A stretch of DNA of 32,000 nt from an uncultured Roseburia sp. (GCA_947644305.1 CANRYS010000009.1:88873-120872), one strand, 5' to 3'. Positions 18,779 through 26,428 are shown, numbered from the stretch's first letter. Numbers and translations: made by a program. The notes: generated by a model from the sequence alone, not told the origin.

Positions 18779-18807
18779 TTGACATCCGTCTGTTACAATG
18801 CTAGAAT
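18779..18807 (+). promoter_or_regulatory. sigma-A promoter for the DAHP synthase gene
   Basis: TTGACA (18779-18784), a 17-nt spacer, then TAGAAT (18802-18807). The start codon is about 50 nt downstream. Confidence 0.65.
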
Positions 18808-18857
18808 TGTTTGTGCCATGCCAGAGGCATGATGGGAAATGAGAAAGAAGGAAAATT

Positions 18858-19880
18858 ATGAAAGTACTGAGAAATTTACCGAATCCTGATGAAATCAAAA
18901 AAGAATTTCCGATTTCAGAAAAGGCGAAAAAAATTAAAGCAGAAAAGGATCGTATTTTAAAAGATATATTGGCGGGCAGAAGTGATCTGTTTGCACTGAT
19001 CATCGGCCCCTGCTCTGCCGACAATGAAGAGGCGCTGATTGATTACACCCTGCGTCTAACTGCGATTCAGGAAAAAGTAGCGGACAAGATATTTATCGTA
19101 CCGCGGGTATATACGAACAAACCCCGGACAACAGGCAAGGGGTATAAGGGGATGGCAAGCCAGCCAGACCCCGAAAAAAAAGAAGATATGCTCGAAGGAC
19201 TTCATCTTATCCGCCAAACCCATGTGGCAGTGGTAGAACAGACGGGAATGACTTGTGCCGATGAGATGCTCTATCCAGAAAATTATGAATATCTTTCCGA
19301 TATCCTTTCCTATGTGGCGATCGGCGCTCGCTCTGTAGAAAATCAGCAGCATCGCCTCACCGCTAGCGGCATCTCCGTCCCCTGTGGAATGAAAAATCCA
19401 ACCAGTGGATACCTAACGGTTATGCTAAACTCCATCGAGGCCGCCCAGTGCAGTCACCATTTTATTTACCGTCAGCAGGAAGTAGAGACGGAGGGCAACC
19501 CCTACACCCACGCGATCCTTCGAGGAAGTGTAAATAAACACGGAAAAAGTCTCCCGAACTATCACTATGAAGACCTTCTCCTGCTCCACGAGATATACTG
19601 CCAGCGCAACTTGGAGAATATGGCTGTGGTTATTGACACCAACCACAACAACTCCGGCAAACGCTTTAAGGAGCAGATCCGTATTTCCAAGGAGGTTTTG
19701 GAAAGCCGGCGTTTCTCCAGCGACATTAGAAATATGGTGAAAGGACTTATGATCGAGAGTTATATCGAAGATGGTTGCCAAAAAATTGGCGAAGGTGTTT
19801 ATGGCCGATCCATTACAGATCCATGCCTGGGCTGGGAAAAGACAGAAAAATTGATCTATGAGATTGCTGATCTGTTATAA
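18858..19880 (+). CDS. 3-deoxy-7-phosphoheptulonate (DAHP) synthase, class I
   Basis: 340 aa. IIGPCS, RVYTNKPRTTGKGYKGM (KPRT motif) and IDTNHNNSGK blocks are typical of AroF/G/H-type enzymes. GAAGGA RBS. Confidence 0.9.
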   Translation: MKVLRNLPNPDEIKKEFPISEKAKKIKAEKDRILKDILAGRSDLFALIIGPCSADNEEALIDYTLRLTAIQEKVADKIFIVPRVYTNKPRTTGKGYKGMASQPDPEKKEDMLEGLHLIRQTHVAVVEQTGMTCADEMLYPENYEYLSDILSYVAIGARSVENQQHRLTASGISVPCGMKNPTSGYLTVMLNSIEAAQCSHHFIYRQQEVETEGNPYTHAILRGSVNKHGKSLPNYHYEDLLLLHEIYCQRNLENMAVVIDTNHNNSGKRFKEQIRISKEVLESRRFSSDIRNMVKGLMIESYIEDGCQKIGEGVYGRSITDPCLGWEKTEKLIYEIADLL

Positions 19881-19884
19881 TTAG

Positions 19885-19909
19885 GCTAGATTCAAAAGGT
19901 CAAAATGCT
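19885..19909 (+). repeat. 25-nt intergenic motif, copy 2 (GCTAGATTCAAAAGGTCAAAATGCT)
   Basis: See copy 1 at 8582-8606. It lies between the DAHP synthase stop (19878-19880) and the GH43 start (19958). Confidence 0.85.
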
Positions 19910-19957
19910 CTTCATGCTTAGCTCGACAGAACCATAACTTAAAGAAAAGGAATTATT

Positions 19958-21463
19958 ATGCGAAACCCAATTATGAAATGTGACTACCCGGATCCCGATG
20001 TGATCCGGGTTAATGATACCTATTATATGCTCAGTACCACCATGCACTATTTTCCGGGTGGTGCCATTCTGCGTTCCTATGACCTGATGAACTGGGAACT
20101 CGTCAACTATCTGTATGATATTCTGGAAGGTACAGACGCTGCCCACCTGGCAGATAACAGGGGAATCTATGGACAGGGTATGTGGGCTCCCTGCCTGCGC
20201 TATCACGCCGGCATTTTTTATGTCTGCTTCGTGGCAAACGACGTCCACAAAACCTATCTTTTTTATACAACGGACATCGAAGGCTCTTGGAAACGCCAGG
20301 AGATCGAAGGCTTTTACCATGACGCCTCGCTTTTATTTGACAAAGACCGGGTATATATTGTCTATGGAAATACTGAGATTTACATAACAGAACTAAAATC
20401 GGATCTCAGTGGTCCACTGGATGGCGGCCTTCACCGATTGCTATTAAAGGATACTGGCAAGATCCGTCTGGGATACGAAGGTACCCATATTTACCATATC
20501 AATGGTAAATACTATCTCTTTTTTATCCATTGGCCGGACACTGGCAACCAGCGCCGTACTCAGGCATGTTTCGTCTCTGATTCCCTGACCGGCGAGTTCC
20601 AGGGCAGAGATGTTTTGGATGATGATATGGGCTTTCACAATCAGGGAATCGCCCAGGGTGGTATCGTGGATACCCCAGATGGCAGATGGTTTGCTATACT
20701 CTTTCAAGACAGTGGTGCAGTGGGGAGAATTCCGGTATTAATTCCCATAAATTTTGAAGATGATTTTCCGGTATTTGGCGAGCATGGTGCAGCACCAAGA
20801 GAGATTCATCTTCCTTCCCTTCGACCGGATCATTCCTATGAATCTCTTTTTACCAGTAATTTTTTGGATGAAAATGGGAACTTAAATCTTCAGTGGCAGT
20901 GGAACCATCTACCAGATCCCACGCTATATGAACTTTTATCCACAGCTTATACGATTCAGACCGACAAGTTATCCACAAATATTCCACAAGCTGTGAATAC
21001 ATTAACTCAAAGAGCACGTTTTCCACAGACAAAGGCCTCTGTAACACTCGACGCCTCCCAGTTAAAAGACGGAGATGTAGCTGGTCTGTGCGCCTTTCAG
21101 AGCAGTTATGCACATTTAGCTGTCACCAGGGAAAACCAGCAATATTATCTCATCCTCACAGAACGAAATGTGGGAGACATATCCCAGAACATGACGGACA
21201 AAGATACTCTTCCAGGAAATGAAACCTTTCGGATGCCGCTGAATGGTCCCATCGTCTCTCTCTGCATGACTGCAGATTTTTCCGACATGAAGGATGAAGT
21301 TCAGTTTTCTTATCTGAAAGATGACAACTGGTGCCCTGTAGGCGCCCCTCACAAGCTGGCCTTTACATTAGATCATTTTACAGGCTGCCGGGTAGCGCTT
21401 TTTATGTATAGTACGAAGACCACTGGCGGTCGCTGCACTTTTACAGATTTTCATTATTATTAA
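19958..21463 (+). CDS. glycoside hydrolase family 43 (beta-xylosidase / alpha-L-arabinofuranosidase type) with C-terminal beta-sandwich domain
   Basis: The N-terminus MRNPIMKCDYPDPDVIRVNDTYYMLSTTMHYFPG...SYDLMNWE is the classic GH43 start. MWAPCLRY, YEGTHIYHINGKYYLF and a roughly 200-aa C-terminal extension are also present. Confidence 0.9.
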   Translation: MRNPIMKCDYPDPDVIRVNDTYYMLSTTMHYFPGGAILRSYDLMNWELVNYLYDILEGTDAAHLADNRGIYGQGMWAPCLRYHAGIFYVCFVANDVHKTYLFYTTDIEGSWKRQEIEGFYHDASLLFDKDRVYIVYGNTEIYITELKSDLSGPLDGGLHRLLLKDTGKIRLGYEGTHIYHINGKYYLFFIHWPDTGNQRRTQACFVSDSLTGEFQGRDVLDDDMGFHNQGIAQGGIVDTPDGRWFAILFQDSGAVGRIPVLIPINFEDDFPVFGEHGAAPREIHLPSLRPDHSYESLFTSNFLDENGNLNLQWQWNHLPDPTLYELLSTAYTIQTDKLSTNIPQAVNTLTQRARFPQTKASVTLDASQLKDGDVAGLCAFQSSYAHLAVTRENQQYYLILTERNVGDISQNMTDKDTLPGNETFRMPLNGPIVSLCMTADFSDMKDEVQFSYLKDDNWCPVGAPHKLAFTLDHFTGCRVALFMYSTKTTGGRCTFTDFHYY

Positions 21464-21640
21464 TATGAAAGTAAAGCCAAGCGGCCGAGCATGTCGAATG
21501 CTTGCATATGAACATGCTCGGACATTTGGCGCACCACCTGAATGAGCAAATAAGGCAATAGCCTGGATTGCGAATGCAGGTGGCGATTGCAAGAGTGCAT
21601 GGCACGGAGCAATCGACTTTCATATATGAAAGTAAAGCCA
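21463..21640. other. unclassified multi-hairpin element bounded by 17-bp direct repeats (candidate ncRNA or MITE-like DNA insertion)
   Basis: ATATGAAAGTAAAGCCA occurs at 21463-21479 and 21624-21640. Between the two copies, TATGAAAGT (21464-21472) pairs with ACTTTCATA (21616-24), closing three long hairpins. Hairpin 1 spans 21476-21530 (10-bp core CCGAGCATGT/ACATGCTCGG). Hairpin 2 spans 21534-21583 (CCACCTG/CAGGTGG plus inner GCAA/TTGC and AGGC/GCCT). Hairpin 3 spans 21584-21615 (CGATTGC/GCAATCG plus GTGC/GCAC). Confidence 0.5.
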
Positions 21641-21663
21641 GAAAGATTTTCTCTATTTAGGGA

Positions 21664-21692
21664 TTGACTAAATGCATGATTTTATTTAAAAT
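21664..21692 (+). promoter_or_regulatory. sigma-A promoter for tRNA-Arg
   Basis: TTGACT (21664-21669), a 17-nt spacer, then TAAAAT (21687-21692), about 30 nt before the tRNA 5' end. Confidence 0.55.
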
Positions 21693-21721
21693 AGAAGGGT
21701 AGTTATAAAGCTACCTGGCAT

Positions 21722-21793
21722 GCTCTCATAGTTAAATGGATATAACAAGCCCCTCCTAAGGGCTAGTTGCAGGTTCGATTCCTGCTGGGAGTA
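21722..21793 (+). tRNA. tRNA-Arg (anticodon CCT)
   Basis: Hand-folded cloverleaf. The acceptor stem is GCTCTCA/TGGGAGT (two G-U pairs). The D arm is GTTA-AATGGATA-TAAC. The anticodon arm is AGCCC-CTCCTAA-GGGCT, and the T arm is GCAGG-TTCGATT-CCTGC. The variable loop is 4 nt, the discriminator is A, and no CCA is encoded. Confidence 0.8.
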
Positions 21794-21823
21794 CTCGCGA
21801 AGATATTGAGGAGTGCAAGGAAG

Positions 21824-21869
21824 AAAAAATACAACAATGGGAGCTCGCTCACAAATTGTTGTATTTTTT
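21824..21869 (+). terminator. rho-independent terminator after tRNA-Arg
   Basis: AAAAAATACAACAAT (21824-21838) pairs with ATTGTTGTATTTTTT (21855-21869). The 3' arm ends in a T-run. Confidence 0.7.
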
Positions 21870-21893
21870 CTTTCTTATAGGACGATAGTCCGT

Positions 21894-21920
21894 GGGATGA
21901 CCGGCTCTGCCGGTCATCCC
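21894..21920. other. orphan GC-rich perfect hairpin
   Basis: GGGATGACCGGC-TCT-GCCGGTCATCCC, a 12-bp stem extendable by CGTG/CACG with one bulge. There is no U-tract on either strand. Confidence 0.6.
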
Positions 21921-22047
21921 GCACGACGAAATATCGCAAATAATGAAGCAATGCAAAGTGAAAAATCCAGAAAAGGTTGAGTACTGTATCTTTTTCTCTG
22001 GAATAAACTTTAAAAATTGTGTTCTGTGTCCAACCAAGAAAGTTTTA

Positions 22048-22076
22048 TAGACTTTTCTTCTCATTCGGGGTATAAT
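22048..22076 (+). promoter_or_regulatory. candidate promoter of the UPF0175/PIN operon
   Basis: TAGACT (22048-22053), a 17-nt spacer, then TATAAT (22071-22076). Confidence 0.45.
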
Positions 22077-22114
22077 ATGGTTAAGATGAAATAGCATTAT
22101 GGAGATGACTTAGT

Positions 22115-22387
22115 ATGAATATGGTAACGGTTCAATTAGAAATACCAGAAGATATGAAACCATATGTAAATAACAATAATAAACTTCGTCAAAATGCAAC
22201 TCTTTTATACCCTTATATTTTAGACAGAACGATTTCACACGGACGCGCTGCCGAAATTCTTGGCATATCCAAACTTGACTTGATTGATTTGTATGCCAGT
22301 TTGGGGTTTCCCTATTTTGATCTGGCTATGAATGAACTCGATAAAGACCTAGAAACTTTCCATTCATTAAAAGGAGATGCAAGATGA
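22115..22387 (+). CDS. UPF0175-family protein (putative antitoxin partner of DUF3368 PIN toxins)
   Basis: 90 aa. The ...ISHGRAAEILGISKLDLIDLYASLGFPYFD pattern is typical of UPF0175. GGAG RBS. The stop overlaps the next ATG (ATGA at 22384-22387). Confidence 0.75.
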   Translation: MNMVTVQLEIPEDMKPYVNNNNKLRQNATLLYPYILDRTISHGRAAEILGISKLDLIDLYASLGFPYFDLAMNELDKDLETFHSLKGDAR

Positions 22388-22882
22388 TTGTTGTATCTGA
22401 TACTACGCCTTTGATTACTCTCATGAAAATCGGTCATTTAGACTTATTAGAAAAAACCTTTGGAGAAATCCAGATAACAGAGCAGTTTATACCGAGCTGA
22501 CTTCCAACTCAAGATTTCAGACAAAAATTAGGCAAATACAAAATTGTCCATTTATTTATATCCAAAAAATTTCGGATGTGCGCTCAGTAAATCTTTTTCG
22601 CAGGGCAACCGGACTAGACATCGGCGAAAGTGAGGCTATCATTTTGTCTGATGATATAATGCGGATTTATTGCTTATTGATGAAGTCAAAGGACGACAAG
22701 TGGCTGAACAGATGGGCATTAAAATCATAGGGACTATCGGATTTTTACTTGCTTCTTTTGAAGAAAAAAATATTTCCGAGTCAGAAATAATTGAAATCGT
22801 TGAATATTTATGTGATTCCAGCAGACACATTAGCGAACGATATCTTAATCTCTTGCTGGAAAGGATTTCAGAAAATAAATAA
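22384..22882 (+). pseudogene. PIN-domain (DUF3368, VapC-like) toxin gene with two frameshifts
   Basis: Frame a reads MIVVSDTTPLITLMKIGHLDLLEKTFGEI... and stops at 22498. Frame b continues PDNRAVYTELTSNSRFQ...LDIGESEAIILSD. Frame c continues [32 protein letters not shown]... to 22882. The shifts lie near 22469 and 22652. Joined, the frames give about 166 aa, the normal length for the family. Confidence 0.75.
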
Positions 22883-23522
22883 CTTTTATAAGGAAGCTTG
22901 TCTAGACAACGATCTAAATGTAATAACAGCAGTATCTCATTTCAATATACCTGAGCAAGAGATCCCAATTTCAGGTTCTGAGCAACAATTTGAACTTAAA
23001 TTACTAAAACAACTAGACCGCCAGATTCGATTAATTCGATTGGTATGCGACTGCACTCTTCATTTTTCAGAATTTAGATATATATTGACATCCTCTGAAA
23101 ATATAAGGACCGTCGGAACTATTCCACATGTTGATCGTGTAATTAAGAAAACAAATTTATCATTCTCCATAAAAGACAGCCAACTTCAACTAATCGAAAA
23201 TTGTCTTTCTACCCCTTATCCCTTTAAAAATAATTGGGTTTATAAAGTATATGATTTTTTTGATTCCACATTTTTATTAGATGATGAAAAAGCCCTCATT
23301 ATACTTATCACCGCATTTGAAATGATTTTTCTGAAAAAAGACAGGTTTTACAAAAAAGAAATTCTGGCTAGACGTAGTGCTGTATACTTTGGCAATTCCG
23401 ATGAAGAGATACTCGAAATATATAAAAAAATAAAATTATGTTATTCCGATCGCAGTAATTATGTACACGAGGGAAAATCAATTCAAGACTCAAAAAGTAA
23501 GATAACAAAGACACCGATGTGA
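22791..23522 (+). CDS. HEPN-like (Rx4H) domain protein; apparently 5'-eroded and 3'-frameshifted, possibly a pseudogene
   Basis: The C-terminal [12 protein letters not shown]...[11 protein letters not shown]...[19 protein letters not shown] carries Rx4H (R 23451-53, H 23466-68). The only in-frame ATG (22791) lies inside the decayed PIN gene. After the A5 run at 23492-96, a shifted frame continues with 53 more codons ([19 protein letters not shown]...) to TAG 23660-62. Confidence 0.5.
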   Translation: MKSLNIYVIPADTLANDILISCWKGFQKINNFYKEACLDNDLNVITAVSHFNIPEQEIPISGSEQQFELKLLKQLDRQIRLIRLVCDCTLHFSEFRYILTSSENIRTVGTIPHVDRVIKKTNLSFSIKDSQLQLIENCLSTPYPFKNNWVYKVYDFFDSTFLLDDEKALIILITAFEMIFLKKDRFYKKEILARRSAVYFGNSDEEILEIYKKIKLCYSDRSNYVHEGKSIQDSKSKITKTPM

Positions 23523-23880
23523 TAAAAAGCGTCTTAATCCAACAATTAAAATTAAAGGTGGAACTCTCTTCTTTGTTTCCAAACACACAGCCAAACCATA
23601 AGAAATATTCTCTTTATTCTTTTTTAGAGAAATGGTATACGATAATAAAAAAACACAAATAGATGTGTTACCATGACAGTAACTTCAGATATCATAGTGA
23701 AATTGGAATTCCTATAAATGATTTAGTAGAATCTCTTGGCGTCACAGGTATTCTACGCTTTCTTGAACAGTTCAATCATGAAGAAGTGGTGACTATATCG
23801 CAAAAAAATACGAAAATAAAGAAAGCGAACCTTTAAGTAAAAAATTCGGTTGCAATTCTTAAAAGAAAGGAGTCTCTCTT

Positions 23881-23964
23881 ATGACAAAAACAATATTTTC
23901 TTTAGAGGAAATCAAAGAAAAATTAGCCCCTATTGCTATTGAATATGGTGTAATTTCTTTGTGA
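23881..23964 (+). pseudogene. 5' stub of a nucleotidyltransferase (MNT-type antitoxin) gene
   Basis: A good RBS (AAAGGAG) precedes MTKTIFSLEEIKEKLAPIAIEYGVISL followed by a stop. This matches the usual N-terminus of minimal nucleotidyltransferases, but the ORF stops before the GS...DxD catalytic motifs. Confidence 0.4.
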
Positions 23965-24085
23965 GGGGGTGGTAGTATTTGACAAATCGAGATAAAAGTA
24001 AGCATTCCCACCCCAAAAGACAAATCTCAGTCCTTATAAAGTTATGTAGAATGTTCGATTCTTGTCACCCCCCACATGACTCTTT

Positions 24086-26428
24086 TTATTCTCCTGAAAG
24101 CAATGCTCTCGGTGCAATTTTCTTTATTTTTAAAGACAACAGGCAGACCGTCACAAAGGCAAACAGCACAAGTCCGCCGCCGGCAGCCACGATCAATCCG
24201 ACCGGTACTGTAAATGTACATTTTACAATTCCGATGCCACTTAAAAACAATGCAGTCAATGGGTTGATGATCAGACTGCTCAGTATCAGTCCGGCTATGG
24301 CAGATAACATAACAGCAGGCATAAATGATATAGCAGTCTGCAGGATCAGTTGGCCCGTCGTAAATCCTAGAGATTTCAGGATACCATAATCCATCTGTTT
24401 ATTATTGAGCATTGTGCGCACAAGCAGATATAATACAAAAACGATAATAATCGCAGACAGTATAAGGATAACAATCACAATAATTGACATGAGCGAAACA
24501 TAGACACCTCCTGTGCCCTCCATCGCTGCCTGAATATTAATAGCCGAGTTCACTTTTCCCTCATATATTTCCTTCATTTCAGAATTAAACGCATCGATAT
24601 CCGTTCCCTCCAGAAGATTAAGATAATAGCTTGTGTACATAAGTGTTCCTAACCGTTCATAACCTTTTCGGGTAAATAAACAATCTCTGCCTAGATTGTT
24701 GCTGATCTGTGTAAAACCACAGATCAGATACTTTTCCTGTTTTCCGTTTGCTGTTATTTCAATCTCATCTCCGACTTTGAGCCCGCTTTCTTTTGCATAT
24801 TTTGCAGCAATCGCGATTTCGTTATCGTATTTTGGGAATCTTCCCTCAAATACGACACTTTGATTGTTTGCTTTTGAAAAGTCGTCGCAAAGTGTCGCCA
24901 TAAGCTCTGCGCCTCCCACATGGGATACCTTTAAAGAAGTATAAAGATAGAGTTTTTCCACACGGCTGTCTGCGTTCCTCTTGCGCAAAAAGTCATCTTC
25001 CGCTTCCGCCTGTACGCTGATACAGCTGTCTGCGGTTTCACCTACGATCAAATTAACAAATGGCTGCCTGTCCAGGATCACATTTTTTGTCATCAATCCA
25101 GAAAAAACTACAATAAGGGATAGCACAAGCATTGTGATACAGACAGTAACATTAAGTTTTACTCCTGAAAGCGCGGTCTTTAAAGCAAGGGCCAGGTTAA
25201 GAGGTGCTTTTGTCTTTTCAAGAGGAACACGATTGCTTTTAAAATTATGCGTATGAATACCGGAGCGAAGTGCAACGATCGGTTCGATCTTTTTGATTCT
25301 GCGTGACGCAAACCATACAGCAGAGGTGACAGCACCACCCAGAATGATAAGTGAAATCATAAAGGGTAGCGGCAGGAAGTGCATGGCATAGGGGATTCCC
25401 GTCTGTGCGATCATCATTGCGTTGACAGAGGGAAACAGAAGATATGACAATCCAATGCCGACTAGAGCCGACAAGAGAGTCAGACTTAAAAACTGTACTA
25501 ATAATGAACAGATCAGCTGTCCTGATGTATAACCTGCGGCTTTCAGCACACCAAGATTTTTCATATTAACCTGAATATAATTTACGATATTCGATACGAT
25601 CACCACAAGAGCGATTAGCAGCACAAAAAAAGCCATGGCGCTCATGATTCCCGAACATATCATCTGGGAAATATAGCGGGACTGCCAAACGATATCATAA
25701 CAGTTGCTCACCATATTTATATTTGGCTGCTGTTCTGAAACTGCAGCTTTCAGCGACGCCTCATAATTGAGATTTTCCGATATATCTTTCAAACGCACTG
25801 AACACAACGTTGCCCGTGGCGCCCATTCGCTGCTTTCAAGCTCCGCATATTTATCTTCCGTAAGTATGATTTCTGTCAACGTGCAATTATGAGACCCCAT
25901 CATAATACTGTTGAAAAAGCCACACACAGTATATGTCTCTTTATGGCTTCCAATGGAAATATCAATTGTCTTCCCTACCGCAATATCATCTGTTTTATAG
26001 AGCATGGGAAGATAAACGCCGCTTGTATATGTTCCCTCTTCAACAATCTCGGTTTTCCCAATAGAACGAGTTAAAGCCGCCTGTTTTTCTAGGAAAACAA
26101 ACCAGCTGATGACCTCCCCGCCGTTGTAAGAAAACATTCCATCCATCTGCCTGCAGTGATCCAGGCTATATTCTGCGGTCCGGTCGTCACCTTCAAGCGT
26201 CTGCGACAAAAACCTTTGAAATTCAACCGTATCGCCGTCAACTGCTAAAGTGACGTGTTCCGCATTAAATTTATCATGATACCTTTCAAAGTTTTTCTTA
26301 TAATCCATAGAAAGCATCAACCAGAGATTGAGCATCAATGAGGCGATTATAATCAGGACGATGATCGAAGCGGTCTGGCCTTTGTATCTGCGGATATTAG
26401 AGCGGGCAATCAAAACATTTTTTCTCAT
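24086..26428 (-). CDS. ABC transporter permease with two FtsX/MacB-type modules (about 8 TM, two large extracytoplasmic domains)
   Basis: 780 aa. The N-terminus MRKNVLIARSNIRRYKGQTASII... is typical. Two repeats of [TM - roughly 200-aa loop - 3 TM] are present, with FtsX-like GVLKAAGYTSGQL and GILKSLGFTTGQL. Confidence 0.85.
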   Translation of the reverse strand: MRKNVLIARSNIRRYKGQTASIIVLIIIASLMLNLWLMLSMDYKKNFERYHDKFNAEHVTLAVDGDTVEFQRFLSQTLEGDDRTAEYSLDHCRQMDGMFSYNGGEVISWFVFLEKQAALTRSIGKTEIVEEGTYTSGVYLPMLYKTDDIAVGKTIDISIGSHKETYTVCGFFNSIMMGSHNCTLTEIILTEDKYAELESSEWAPRATLCSVRLKDISENLNYEASLKAAVSEQQPNINMVSNCYDIVWQSRYISQMICSGIMSAMAFFVLLIALVVIVSNIVNYIQVNMKNLGVLKAAGYTSGQLICSLLVQFLSLTLLSALVGIGLSYLLFPSVNAMMIAQTGIPYAMHFLPLPFMISLIILGGAVTSAVWFASRRIKKIEPIVALRSGIHTHNFKSNRVPLEKTKAPLNLALALKTALSGVKLNVTVCITMLVLSLIVVFSGLMTKNVILDRQPFVNLIVGETADSCISVQAEAEDDFLRKRNADSRVEKLYLYTSLKVSHVGGAELMATLCDDFSKANNQSVVFEGRFPKYDNEIAIAAKYAKESGLKVGDEIEITANGKQEKYLICGFTQISNNLGRDCLFTRKGYERLGTLMYTSYYLNLLEGTDIDAFNSEMKEIYEGKVNSAINIQAAMEGTGGVYVSLMSIIVIVILILSAIIIVFVLYLLVRTMLNNKQMDYGILKSLGFTTGQLILQTAISFMPAVMLSAIAGLILSSLIINPLTALFLSGIGIVKCTFTVPVGLIVAAGGGLVLFAFVTVCLLSLKIKKIAPRALLSGE

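Noticed and set aside
18808-18857. A T-box or attenuator upstream of the DAHP synthase gene.
   Set aside because: The leader is only about 50 nt, with one 6-bp hairpin (CATGCC-AGA-GGCATG). There is no specifier or T-box sequence, no terminator/antiterminator pair and no leader peptide.
21534-21583. A hammerhead-like CTGAATGAG ... GAATG sequence in hairpin 2 of the 161-bp element.
   Set aside because: It does not fit the CUGANGA...GAAA core (there is an extra U and no GAAA at the right place), and there is no cleavage-site helix. Only a covariance-model search could revive this idea.
23690-23840. A short open frame reading ...GIPINDLVESLGVTGILRFLEQFNHEEVVTISQKNTKIKKANL, preceded by MTVTSDIIVKLEFL in another frame. 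It may be an HTH or antitoxin remnant.
   Set aside because: I cannot assign a family from memory. It has no start or RBS in the long frame and is probably another gene fragment in the decayed islet. It was left unannotated rather than guessed.
24046-24075. A tRNA-like 3' fragment (GTTCGATTC T-loop-like sequence followed by CACCCCCCA), considered as a possible attR copy of the tRNA-Arg 3' end.
   Set aside because: Identity to the tRNA-Arg 3' end is limited to about 9-11 nt. Flanking bases do not form a T stem or acceptor stem, and no matching 5' half exists. This is insufficient to call an att site or tRNA remnant.
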